Positions 14,300 through 26,316 of a stretch of DNA of 64,000 nt are shown here, in pieces. The notes under the pieces are model-generated. The model made no database searches, was not told the origin of the DNA, and saw only the letters and a program-made list of their open reading frames with translations. The translations under genes were made by a program, and so were the position numbers. Source of the DNA: Octopus sinensis (taxonomy: Eukaryota); the NCBI RefSeq assembly GCF_006345805.1, contig NC_043005.1, positions 55,800,001 to 55,864,000 of the forward strand, in the 5' to 3' direction. Positions within the stretch are counted from its first letter, which is position 1. Each line of letters starts with the position of its first letter.

Positions 14300-14995
14300 C
14301 TCATGCTACTCTTCTGGATGGTCTCCTTGTTTAAGTTGGTGAATGCTGCCATAATCCTTGCCTTCGGTTCATCTTTGGTGTTACAAAGAGTTTTCTTGGT
14401 CTCTCACTCAACTGTACCCCACACATAATAATCAAGAGGGTTGCAGTGTGGGGAGTTAGGTGGCCAGATGTTAGGGGTGATGTGGCCACAGAAATTGTCT
14501 GACTGCCATGACTGAATTATCCTGCTCATGTGGCATGGTGCAGAGTCCTGTTGCCAGACATATGGTCTTCCATAAGCCACTCTCTTGACCCAGGGCAGCA
14601 CTACCTCCTCCAGGCATTCGATGTAGGGCTCCATGTTGAGTTTGAGGCCATGTGGGAAAATGAATGGAGGCATAACATCACCATCACTAGTGATCACTCC
14701 AAACACCATGATGTTGATTGGATGTTTGATTTTTATCACTCCCAGTACATGTCCTCAGATTGACACCCAACACTCTAAAATGTTCATATTGGAGCTTTCA
14801 GTGTGAATGCCAAACAGTACAGCATGTCGTTTCCAAATTTCTGGCAGAGTGAATTGCATCAAGGTCCTGTTTTTCTCAAAGACAGTGCCCAACTGACCCT
14901 ACTGAAATACTATGTAGTCAACAAAATCAAAAACAAACAATGTGTATGTTCAAAATTAAAACTATAAAACGTCGACAATTTACCCATCACACCAG
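14300..14995 (-). mobile_element. Decayed Tc1/mariner DD37D (maT-like) transposon
   Basis: ORF 14404-14739: VWQQDSAPCH...WPPNSPHCNPLDYYVWG, with 37 residues between the QQD Asp and the PLDY Asp. Confidence 0.85.
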
Positions 14996-15076
14996 ATAGA
15001 TAGATAGATAGATAGATACATACATACATACATACATACATGCATGCATGCATGCATGCATACATACATACATACA

Positions 15077-15110
<34 letters not shown>

Positions 15111-16142
15111 CATACATACACATGCACACACACACACACACACATGCACACACACACACATTCCCCTGTACTTATTTTATCAATGCTGAAAAGGCAAAAG
15201 TCAGAGCTGATCTCAATGAGATTAGAACTCAAACCATTAAGGGATATAATTTAATACCACCAGACATTTCATCCTTTGCTCTATTGTTTCTGTAATCCAA
15301 CTTGCTTATTTCAGAGAGATAACATTAAGAAACATTTCACAGAGCTTTCCACTGTCATTCTACGGATAATTCTATGTTTAGGTTGTAATAAAAAATTTGG
15401 CAAAGACATTACAAGTGATTTTCAACAATTGCCAACAATTCGTGATTATTGTTTTACTTTTTAAAATGACAAAACAAAACAATTACCACATTGTCAAAAG
15501 CAAGCTATAATTAATGATATCAGACATCAGACAACATAACAATAAATATTTATCACATCGTATGATGATAATAGAAACATAAATATATAGACAGATAGAT
15601 AGAGAGAGAGAGATGGGTAGATAGATAGATAGAGAGAGAGAGAGATAGAGATTTGTGTGTATGTGTGCCTCTATATATTTTATATTACAGTTTCAAAGTT
15701 TGGCACTAGGCCAGCAGGTTTGGGGTAGAGGGTAAGTCAATTACATTGACCCCAGCGCTCAACTCGTACTTATTTTATTGAGCTCAAAAAGATGAAAGAC
15801 AAATTCGACCACAGTAGAATTTGAACTCAGAACATGAAGACAGTTAAAATACCGCAAGGTATTTCACCCGACATGCTAACAATTCTGCCAGTATGCCACC
15901 CTATTTATAGTTTATATAATATATATGTATGTGTACATATATGATGTGCTTGTTGACTGTGAAAATTTTCTATCTTGTATTCTCATGGTTCTAAGTTGCC
16001 CTTCATTGAAATTCCAGTTCTAGTCAAATTAAACTTATATAATGGTTCTTGGTTCCTTGCCTTACAGTGGTTTTGTTGTATACATATTATTGTATACATA
16101 TTGTATACATATTTGTTGAATAAATATTACTAGTGATATTAT

Positions 16143-16555
16143 AGGCATAGGAGTGGCTGTGTGGTAAGTAGCTTGCTTACCAACCACATGGTTCGGTTTC
16201 AGTCCCACTGCATGGCACCTTGGGTAAGTGTCTTCTACTACAGCCTTGGGCTGACCAAAGCCTTGTGAGTGGATTTGGTAGACGGAAACTGAAAGGAGCC
16301 CGTCGTATATATGTATATATATATGTGTGTGTGTGTGTATGTTTGTGTGTCTGTGTTTATCTCCCCAGCATCACTTGACAACCAATGCTGGTGTGTTTAC
16401 GTCCCCATAACTTAGCAGTTCGGCAAAAGAGATTGATAGAATAAGCACTAGGCTTACAAGGAATAAGTCCTGGGGTTGATTTGCTCGACCAAAGGTGTTG
16501 CTCCAGCATGGCCACAGTCAAATGACTGAAACATGTAAAAAGAATTAAAAAAAGA
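16143..16555 (+). mobile_element. SINE family A copy
   Basis: Colinear with 6549-7012. Confidence 0.85.
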
Positions 16556-17181
16556 GTATTGATATTGTGTGATTGTCCTTCTTGAGATTCTAATTCTGAT
16601 AAGAGTATGACTTGTTCAGGTATTTCTAGTTTCTGATGGTTTTGTTGCACACACACACACATGTATGCACACATGCATGCATACACGCACACACATATTG
16701 CCTATTGAAAATGAACTTTCATCTCATGACTAGTTTCATACCACATTTAAAATAGTCACTCCCATTGAATTAACACAAACACTTGTAAAAAGCACCCATG
16801 CATCAAAAGCACCAGTAAAAGTCCCACATAAAAAGCACCCATGCTGGTGCCAAGTAAAATGTACCCAGTACACTCTGTAAAGTGGTTGCCATTAGGAAGG
16901 GCATCCAACAGTAGAAAGCATGCCAAAACAGACATATAGAGCCTAGTGCAGCTTTCTGGCTTGCCAGCTTCTGTCAAACCATCCAACCCATGCCAGCATG
17001 GAAAACAGATGCTAACTGTTGACAGCGGCAACGATGATGACAACAACAACAACAACAATAATGATGATGATGGTAATGATGATGATTCATACCAAAACCA
17101 CTCAGCCATGAATCATCTTCTATAATTAGTTTCACACCAACTCACTCACAAACACCTTTAAAAATCTCATAACATGTACTA

Positions 17182-17416
17182 AGGTGGCGAGTTGACAGAA
17201 ACATTAGCACGCCAGAGGAAATGCTTAGTGGTATTTCGTCTGCCGCTACATTCTGAGTTCAAATTCTGCCAAGGTCAACTTTGCCTTTCATCCTTTCGGG
17301 GTCGATAAATTAAGTACCAGTTACACATTGGGGTCAATGTAATTGACTTAATCCCTTTATCTGTCCTTGTTTGTCCCCTCTGTGTTTAGCCCTTTGTGGG
17401 CAATAAAGAAATAAGA
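17182..17416 (+). mobile_element. SINE family B copy
   Basis: Colinear with family B. Confidence 0.85.
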
Positions 17417-17655
17417 AACATGTTCAAAGACAATGCAATAAAAGAAAATTAACAAAAGAATGGCTTTAACTAGATTATTAAATCTGCAATGAATATGCAA
17501 ATTGATAGCACACCTCCATATCTAAAAATAATCAGTGAAAAGACACAAAAATAACAGCCAATCAACAAGTGCAAAAACCAGATATTAAACAGACACAAAC
17601 ATGGAATCATACCTACACCAATAAATACATCACCATCACTAAGTTATAACAGTTC

Positions 17656-17694
17656 TCACCTGAAGATCTCAGTGACATGAAACACATGTCATGA
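17656..17694 (+). ncRNA. Degenerate minimal hammerhead ribozyme
   Basis: tcac-CTGAAGA-tctc agt gaca t-GAAA-CACATG-TC-atga. Reverting two CpG-type transitions gives palindrome ACACGTGT and stem I tcac/gtga. Confidence 0.55.
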
Positions 17695-17695
17695 T

Positions 17696-17742
<47 letters not shown>

Positions 17743-18059
17743 TGTTAGTAATAATGAACTCTATATATATACCATAATATATAATCAATTTACTTGGCTG
17801 TAACCAAAAGCTGTTCTCACATCTATCAGCCGAGTCCTCACATCTAAAACCTTTGTGAGACAGTAACCAAATCAGAACAAAGCAATAACATGCATACATG
17901 CCTGCAGGAAGACAAACACACATATCAAACAAGCTAATACAAGTACTTGCTTTAATAACGTGAAATTTAACATCATTGTGTGATTAGAGGTTCAACTTTT
18001 GATTATTCTTTTATCTTGTTTACAGTTGAAAGGTGTCTGAGAGAGTGATATGCATTAAA

Positions 18060-18350
18060 CTTTATATCTTGAATTTTCTTTCTTGTAAACAAGAACAGTA
18101 AGTTTCTTCCTTCTTATTTAGGATACTGCCTAGCAGAATTGATATATTAAAGTTTTCAGATGCTCATAAGCTGCAATTACTGTCAAACTATTGTATATCT
18201 TTCTCTTTGCAGCTATGCTCCATTTTATTACATGGTAATCTATTTTTTGGTTATTCAACTGCCAGATGTCCTTTGATAATGTAGAGGGATTTGGGTTTTC
18301 TTTTTTTCTGTATCTGAATGAATGGGTGTGCTGTCTGTATAGACACACAA
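18060..18350 (-). pseudogene. Penelope-like element GIY-YIG endonuclease C-terminal remnant
   Basis: Frameshifted translation HTHSFR..K...STLSKDIWQL....IDY.VIKWSI..K...YN / CSL*ASEN / ILNKKEETYCSCLQERKFK fits the PLE pattern H..SF...T.LSK.IW.L...WSI...C.LC..EK...LNKR.E....C.H..KF. Confidence 0.65.
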
Positions 18351-18385
18351 TTTCTCAAATTCAATTTGTTTGTAGCAAAGGGACA

Positions 18386-18427
18386 ACTATGGACATGTTT
18401 TGGCCTATTAGATCTCATCAGCATAGT
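18386..18427 (-). ncRNA. Degenerate minimal hammerhead ribozyme (G12 to A)
   Basis: Minus strand: ACTATG-CTGATGA-gatct aat aggcc-AAAA-CATG-TC-CATAGT. Perfect 6-bp stem I, palindrome ACATGT and GUC triplet. GAAA is mutated to AAAA at a CpG. Confidence 0.68.
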
Positions 18428-19942
18428 ACAAACTAAATGAGCGTGCTAACCAATAGATAAATTTTGTGTAGAAAAATAGTCATACTTATTTTTGGCTGGA
18501 ATAGTGTCTGTAAACTAAGACAAAAGTTTTCTTTCTCTAAACTTGTAAATTACCTTAAAAAAATTATTTCTTAATTTCTTTAAATTTTCTCCCCCTTAAC
18601 GTTTTGCTGTTATATCTTCTACTCCAACACAAGAAATTTCATTAGGCAGCTTTAAAAAATGTTTGTGTGCATAGCAGCCTAATTTTCTGCATTTATGCCT
18701 TTGGCCCATATGAACTATTTCCCATTGATCTTTCTGTGTTTAGCTACACAAATTATTCTGACTAAAAATTTATGTAACTTTTTGTATAAGTAAATATCTA
18801 CCTATTTTTGCTGGCTTGAGTAAATATACTTAAATGGACCAAAACATGTCCTTTGTTATTACTTGTCTGCAAATAGATATCAGTCTATTCTTTCTCAACA
18901 TCTAAATAAATATGAGAGGATAAATCATTAATTTCTTGAAATCATCTCCCCTTTTCACTGAGAATGACAAACAGTTGTAATTACATATTTGTTTTCTCTA
19001 ATTTAGAAGGAAATTTCAATTAAGAATCTTTACACATGACATTAATTATGCCACCCAATTCGTGTATAATTCATTTCCCTTCAATTGCAATCTGCGAGTT
19101 ATTTCCCTTACCCACTCATGTAAAAGTGTTTTCTTAAATCATGCAAGATTTTTCATGTTATTAATGTACACTTGTATGAAGGCAATGGGATGCATGTGCT
19201 CTTGTTCCATCTTGTATGTATAACTATTATTCTTTTCTGCTCCTAGGACTACCATATTATGAAGTTTTTTTATAAATACTTTGTCAGATGGGTAGTCATG
19301 GATGAAAAGAAAGAGATGAGACTCTGGCAAAAGTAAAAGGATTAAGAGAAGGAAGAGAAAAAGAAATAAAGAATTATACCTAACTCATCACAACTGCTTA
19401 TTTTGCAGGTTGATGTGTGCATGTGTATGTGTGTGTGTGTGTGTGTGTGTGCATGTGTGTGTATATTGACACACATTAATACAGGCAGACAGACAGATAG
19501 GCAAATAGACAAATATAGCTATACGTATGTATATATTTATCTTGACTGTTATTTTTCTGTGCAGATGCAACATTCCAAGTGACTTCCCTTGGCCATTATG
19601 ATACACATGTATGCCTACATGTTTACATTATTTTTACATCAATATTGTGATTCTCTCATGAATAACTTGGCATGTATGGAGCAGGTTATGCTTCATTGAT
19701 GGGGTTTGATAAGACTGGAACTTCTCTGGACGTGTCACCTGTATTTACCTATTTCTTTACTACCCACAAGGGGCTAAACACAGAGAGGACAAACAAGGAC
19801 AGATAAACAGATCAGCGTGCTAATGATTCTGTATTTACCATGATAGTAGTCACAAAGGTAATAATAACATATTTTGTAAGGTTGCACAAAAGTTTTCAGG
19901 GCATATCAAGCAAGGCACTTAACCAAGAACTATTTTACCAAC

Positions 19943-20093
19943 CTTGTGCTATTCCACTGTTATCAACAGGTGGTTCGTTCACACATATAGTATCGTCAAC
20001 GATGTAGTAGTAGATCTTGCAAGGTCGTACGCGATAGAATTCCTGTGGGGATTCATTCACAGTTTCTTTAAAAAAGCAATAAAATCTAAGAAC
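19943..20093 (-). CDS. EFHC1: EFHC1 exon, first half of DM10 domain 1 (VLRFYCFFKETVNESPQEFYRVRPCKIYYYIVDDTICVNEPPVDNSGIAQ-G)
   Basis: 151 nt, phase 0/1. Acceptor ttttcAG and donor GTtggt. DM10 motifs VLRF, YY..DDTI...EP...NSGI.QG. Confidence 0.95.
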
Positions 20094-20353
20094 CTGAAAA
20101 AAAAAATGTTTATAATATATCCTCAACAGAAAGTATAGAATACATAGAAAGAGAACATCAAAAAGTTCATTTGAAACAGAGAATAATATGTGTGGTGTGT
20201 GTGTGTGTCTGTGTGTATACACAGGAGCAATTTCAACCATGTTTCATTGTCTGCTACCACAACAGCTCCTTTATAGGATCCAGTTAGCTCAAGATATTAT
20301 CAGGAGGAACCATGTCCGGTTTCAGCCCCTACTCCTCTACCGTTTTGGAGCTG

Positions 20354-20492
20354 ATGTCATGTAATGTTATGGGTTGGCCCTGCCACTCTGGCGAATATTC
20401 AACATGTCATGTAATGTTATGGGTTGGCCCTGCACCTCTGGCAAATCTGCAGCATGTCATGTAATGTTATGGGTTGGCTCTGCACCTCTGGC
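20354..20492. repeat. 50-bp tandem repeat, about 2.8 copies
   Basis: atgtcatgtaatgttatgggttggc starts at 20354, 20404 and 20454. Confidence 0.9.
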
Positions 20493-20501
20493 TTAAGTAC
20501 C

Positions 20502-20537
<36 letters not shown>

Positions 20538-20799
20538 CACTATCATTATGATCATCATCATTTAGCGTCTGGTTTCCCTACTGGCATGGGTTACAGTATT
20601 TGACAGAAAGTGGTAAGCCAGAGAGCTGTACCTGGTTTCAGCCTGATTTATACACACATATCAGCACACACACACACACACGCACACGCAAATATATATA
20701 TATATATATATATATACACGTATTCAGCATTGATATAAAAGATTGTGGTCAGTGGTACCTTTGGGAATAATTACTGAAGACTGCCGTCTGGTAGTATGT

Positions 20800-21012
20800 T
20801 CTCTTCTACTCGAGGCACAAGGCCCAAAAGATTTTGGGAAGAGACCAGATGATTAGATCAGCTCCAGTACGCAACTGGTACCTAATTTATCGACCCCGAG
20901 GATGAAAGGCAAAGTCGACCTCGGTGGAATTTGAACTCAGAACGTAATAGCAGACGAAATACAATTAAGCTTTTCGCTCGGCATGCTAACATCTCTGCCA
21001 GCTCATCGCCTT
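20800..21012 (-). mobile_element. SINE family B copy
   Basis: Reverse complement of family B. Confidence 0.82.
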
Positions 21013-21547
21013 CTGTCTGGTACAATATTGAAACAAGATAAATCACACATCAGCTCACACACAAACTCACACAGACACATACACACCTACACACACGTGC
21101 ATGTGTGTGTGTGTGTGTGTGTGTGAACGCACGTACTCATATCCTTTTAATGATAGTTCTGCAGCCATTCTGGAACACCGCCTTAATGTATTTTCAATTA
21201 GGTTTTGTTGTTGCTTCTTGACTGGAAGGTGGTCTATGATTGAGTTTTCCAGCAGCTGTTCTCCTCTGAATGCATCATCCTTGAATGGTTGACTTCTAAG
21301 GTATTGTTAAGAGTTCATCTAATGAGTTTTTAAAGGGGTTTTTTTTTATGTTTCAGTAGAAGTCTCTTTTATATTTCTTTTAATTTAGATAGGTAGTTGA
21401 ACAGTTGAGGGAACTCTAAATGTCAGATTGTTACAATAGAGTATTTTAGTCCATGATTTCGAATGTAGTATATTTGCAAGCTCAGAGTATATAAATGTTC
21501 GTGCATTAAAACTCTCTCCAGTGCCGAAGTTTGGAACATGTCCCTCC

Positions 21548-21825
21548 ACAGTTCTATATTTAAGAGACGAGGAATTATATACATTATTTATATTCGATGG
21601 ATATTTGTCCTCATATTGTTTGTTGTTAGCACAACATTTCGGCTGATATACCCTCCAGCCTTCTTCAGGTGTCTTGGGAAAATTTCGAACCTGTGTTCTC
21701 ATTCCTAAGGTATTTTTCGATGCTATTATTGTTGTTGTTGTTAGTGTTCAGGTCACTGCTTGGAATCGAACTTGGAATCTTGGGGTTAGTAGCCTGCGCT
21801 CTTAACCACTACACCATATGTCCCC
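21548..21825 (-). mobile_element. tRNA-derived SINE-like element carrying a hammerhead motif
   Basis: Minus-strand head has A box TGGTGTAGTGG and B box GTTCGATTCC (21746-21825), followed by an (AAC)n linker, the hammerhead motif and an AT-rich tail. Confidence 0.72.
21628..21673 (-). ncRNA. Degenerate minimal hammerhead ribozyme inside a tRNA-headed SINE
   Basis: Minus strand: gacac-CTGAAGA-a-GGCTG gagggtatat CAGCC-GAAA-tg-TT-gtgct. 5-bp stem II. Stem I gacac/gtgct has one mismatch. Confidence 0.58.
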
Positions 21826-22049
21826 CAACAATTTTCCATATGAATTTGATAGTATATATTTCTCTTTGGTATCAAGAGACTCAGCGCTTTCAGACATTCT
21901 TGGTAAATAAGACTTTTAACTGATGGTATTTTACCAGTGAACATTCCTTGTAACACTTCAATTTCCTCTATGAGACCGGATGAGTTAGAAGATTAAAATT
22001 GTAAGCAGCAATATAAACTGCTCAGAACTAGGGTTTTCTCTAAAAAAAA

Positions 22050-22960
22050 AAACTAACTACCGGTTCCCTTGTCATGAATGTTCATAGGATGCAGCCAATG
22101 AGTTTGCTGCATTTAAAGGTTAGTTTGATAATATGGCTGATGGAAAATGCATCATTTGACATGATTACACCTAAGTCCTGTATGTCATTAGTGCTCTGAA
22201 TCATTATGTTACTTTGTGTCAAATATTGCGATTTGGGTGAATTCGTTTGTAATGAAGAAGCTGAAATTTTGATGTACTAATTTTCGTATTTTTCTGGTTT
22301 AGCTCCTAGCCATCGATATTCTTGTGTAATTCATTCCCTAATGTATATGACGTTTTACAGGTAACTTAGAGAGAAATCCATTGCAGTTATAGGTTGACTC
22401 CTACCGTATAGGGAGTTAAAGAACCATTCTCCAACTTTTCCTGTGATACCAAAATTCCTTAAATTATGACAGATGATTCCATGATCAGTCTTGTCAAACG
22501 CCTTAACAATATCAAGGTTTTAACAGTCAATGATATTTCCCCTTAAGAGATTATTAGAGGTAGTGTTATGATGCTGTAAGAATTGTGACAGGCAACTTCG
22601 TTCAGTCCGAAACCTATACCGAGTGTCATCTAAGTTGTTTTCCTCCAGGTATGTTATTACTTTTATCTTCGGACAAGGCATTGGATAATTTTAGACGTGT
22701 AAGACGTGAGGGAAACAGGTCTGTAATTTTTAGTTTCAGCACTGCTATCTCCTTTGTACCTATATAGGTTTTATTATAGCTTCTTTCAATAGTCTTGGGA
22801 ATATGGCGGTATCTGGTGACTTTTGAAATAGTACCTTTAATGATTTCATGAGGTGGTTTTTGCACGTTTTTTAGCAATATAACTGGAATACTATTTGGTA
22901 CAGATGCTGAGTTTGGGTTTAAATCATTCATAGCCGCAAGTATATCAACTTCCATGATAT
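22050..22960 (-). mobile_element. Old LINE (CR1/L2-group-like) RT remnant
   Basis: Minus-strand LDIVKAFDKTDHGIICHNLRNFGITGKVGEW-like peptide with many stops and frameshifts. Confidence 0.7.
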
Positions 22961-22964
22961 TAAT

Positions 22965-24150
22965 TTTAAGTTATGTCTCTGCACTTGAGTTGTGGGATCA
23001 AAGAATTCGTTTGGATTATGCATAGGGCTGTGAAACGGATTATGCACGGGGCTACGATATGGACAGAGAATGTGGCCTTCCGCCTGTTGAAATGAAAGTG
23101 TCGAAGATAGAGTTTGTGATCAGGCCCACGAAGACCTCTATCCGGCGCAGGGGTGAAAATCTCCACAAATGGTAGGTTTACATGTCCGTTGAAGATGTTA
23201 AAAGTCGAATGAGATCTCCCTGCATCCTCCATCATTTGAGTGAAGGCAATACCAGTCATTGGAGATGTTCCTCTTACACAAGCTTAGACAAGCCCACGCC
23301 CATTTGGGTGGATAAGTGCTGAACCCCTTCCAATGTCTTTCTGGAGATATGGGTTTGAGCTATGGATGTGATATTCAAGGATGGGTCGAACTAGAGTGAT
23401 ATATACAGGCCAAAAGAGCGATATATACAGGCCAAAAGACGTCCATTGAAAGGTTGGCAAAGGATCGGTGGATGAGGAAAAGATTCCTTCTGGCTTTGTT
23501 CATAGCCTCAATACCCTGCCGTGGTGGTTTGAAAATTGGTATCGATCATTATGACGAGATCCTTTTCCTCAGCGACTATCTTAAGATGTTGATGTTTGTG
23601 GCCAATACTCAAGGGAGATTTTGGAGGCAAATGGCTGCATTTTGAGGCGTTCAAGTTCAGATTCCATTCTTCCGCCCAATTCCAAGCTTGGTTCAGCGAC
23701 GGTTGGAGTATGTTGTATTGATTCCTAGGTGAGACAAGTTTGACGTCGTTTGCAAATAGAACTCATCTATCGAGAAAATCTGGCAGGTCGTTGATATAGA
23801 GAAGGAAAAGTATTGGCCCCAGCACCGCCCCCTGGGGAATGCCGCTGCATGCATTCGACTCCGCGGAGAGATCTCCATTTATCTGCACCCAAAAGGTTCG
23901 ATAGCTCAGGAAGGAAGAAATCCACAAAGTCACCAATGGATAAATGTTGAATGCTCGATGTTTGCACAAGAGAAGTCAGTGATTAACAGAGTCAAATGCC
24001 TTTGTGAAGTCCAAAAATACCACGCCCACCAAATCTTTTTCATCCATGGTCCTTGTAATCCATTCTTCAAGAAGGAGAAGATTTGTTAGGCAAGATCTTC
24101 AGGGTAGAAATCCATGCTGCGAGTCGGATATTTCTTTGTACGATATACAG
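22965..24150 (-). mobile_element. Younger 5'-truncated LINE (CR1/L2-group-like RT C-terminus) nested in the older LINE
   Basis: QHGFLP..SCLTNLL..EEWIT, VVFLDFTKAFDSV, GIPQGAVLGPILFLLYINDLPD, FANDVKL, LYITLVRPILEY, LRGPDHKLY...RRKATFSV.IV. Higher GC than the flanks. Confidence 0.85.
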
Positions 24151-24169
24151 ATAATTGTATAATGCTTTG

Positions 24170-24480
24170 GTCGGAAATAGCTGTGGGAATGACGTGAACA
24201 TTGTGAATAAAAACAAAGTCGAGTATGTTATTTTCCCCTAATTGGACGGGTAATGATTTGTTGTATGGGAAAGTCTTTTGTTGTATCGAGAAAAGGGTTC
24301 ATATCCCTCCACATCAGTTGCTTAGTTCCAGGCTGGATATAATCCTCGGACCAGCTAAGATTAGTTAAATTAAAGAACCCTGTTAAAAGCATATTAGCCT
24401 GTGTGCTGGCCTCAGCTAGGGTTAGACTTATGAGCAAAAAAAAAGCACCTCTGAAGTGATCTTTGTGGTTAACCACGTTA
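24170..24480 (-). mobile_element. LINE endonuclease-end/linker remnant (probably the upstream part of the older LINE)
   Basis: LLTGFFNLTNLSW...QQIITRPIRGK resembles the APE GDFN.P.I.W...Q.I..PTRG region. Confidence 0.5.
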
Positions 24481-26094
24481 GGATGACGGAAGGAAATGCT
24501 TTTAATATCATTTACTTTTTATATAAATTAGTCTGAAATTGTCGAATACATTTCTTTGCAAATTAGGTAATTTCGGGGGTTGGTCTGCAATCATTTATAG
24601 TTAAATGTTTCCTTTCAAAATCTTTTTTTTTTTTATTAAACTGGACTAGTATTTCGAATAAGCAATAAGTATCAAAGCATTTAAGAATGAGCATTAAATA
24701 TCAAAGATAAAAATAAATCATTTTGTTCCCTTGTCAAACTTTGGACCTAACAACCTAAATGAGAAAACCGATACGACTGAAAGAATTTTTAAAGGGCTTT
24801 TATTTTTAGGCTGAGGCCAAACAGTCGAATCTATTCAACCATGTTTTCACTTTGAAACAAAATCTAACTTCAAACATCTTATACAGATAATTTTTTAGAC
24901 ACTTTTTTCTGAAACTGATAAAATTATGTAGGGGGTGCAAATTTTGATCTTGCACTACCTGAAAATTCCAAGGGGTGCAGGTGCACCCGCTGCACGGCTG
25001 TTCCCGGACCCTTGTATATGTATATATAATGATATATATATTATTCCTGGACCGGGCGACACGTGTTCTTGAGCAAAACACTTCATTTCACATTGTTCCA
25101 GTCCACTCAGCTAGCAAAATGAGTAATGCTGTGTTGGACTAGCATCCCGTCCAGCTGGGAAACCCATACACTATTGAAACCGGGAAACCAGGCCCATGAA
25201 CCTGGCTAGGCTTTAAAAGGGCACATTTATTATTTATTATATATCCACAAATAATAACTGCATTTATTATCTTCGTTTCAATAAATAATTGTTTAAAATT
25301 TGTTAGTTTTATTTTTACTAATAATATTGGTTTTATATTTTGGCACAAGACCAGCAAGTTTGAGGGTGGGGTTAAGTCAATTACATCAACCCCAGTGCTC
25401 AACTGGTACTTATTTCACTGATTCCAAAAGGAGAAAAGGCAGAATTTGAACTTAGGATGTAAAGATAGGTGAAATACTGTTAAGCTTTTTGCCCAGTATG
25501 TTAACAATTCTGCCAGTTTGTTGCCCTATATTTATTAATGGTGGAAGCACATGGCCTAGTGGTTAGAGCAGCGGACTCACGGTCGAAGGATCACAGGTTT
25601 GAATCTCAGAACGGGCAATGTGAGGGTTTATGAGCGAAACACCTAAACTCCACGTGGCTCCTGCAGAAGGTAATGGCGAACTTCTGCTGACTCTTTCACC
25701 GCACCTTCCTCTTACTCTTTCCTCCTGCATCTAGCAGCTTACTTGCAACAGACCGGCGTCCCATCCAGGTGGGGAACCTATATGCCAAGGGAACCGGGAA
25801 GCCAGCCCTATGAGCCAGGCATGGCTTGAGAAAGAACAAACAAATATTTATTAATGATATTAAAAATGTTATCTCACTCAATTAAGATGGCTTCAATTTA
25901 CACAGCAACTCATGGAACCAATCTACCACATAATCCAAGGGGCAACTGTATATTTACTAAGCTAGGAAGATATCATTGAACTGGAAAGTTATTTATTAAA
26001 TGCCCCCCCCCCCCCCCCCAAAAATGATGGTCTCTTAGTATTTTTCATAATTTGCTGACAATGTCTTGAAATATTTAAAATCTTGTTAACTTAC

Positions 26095-26316
26095 TTTGTT
26101 ATTTAAGCTGACATGTGCAGGAATAAAAGGATCAGGAGCTGCTGGTTTTGGTTCACCATAGGTCTGTAGGGTGTGGAAATTGGCCAAATCCTGAAGTTCT
26201 TGTTCATTCAACTGGTTCTTATCGAGAATTTCTCCACCAATTCCTCTTTGAATTAATTTCTTTATGCGATAGCCATTTTGATAATCCAAGGTCTGACTGC
26301 GATGGAAGCTAGTTTT
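26095..26316 (-). CDS. EFHC1: EFHC1/Rib72-family exon (N-terminal region), KTSFHRSQTLDYQNGY...FIPAHVSLNNK
   Basis: 222 nt, phase 0/0. Acceptor ttttcAG (26317-18) and donor GTaagt (26089-94). The K-T-x-F-H-R-S-Q-T-L-x-Y-x-N-G-Y and FIPAHV motifs match the EFHC1 N-terminus. Confidence 0.93.

Noticed and set aside
16725-16745. Minus-strand GAAACTAGTC (hammerhead 3' half)
   Set aside because: No CUGANGA or stem II upstream, possibly removed by the neighbouring insertion. Not supportable.
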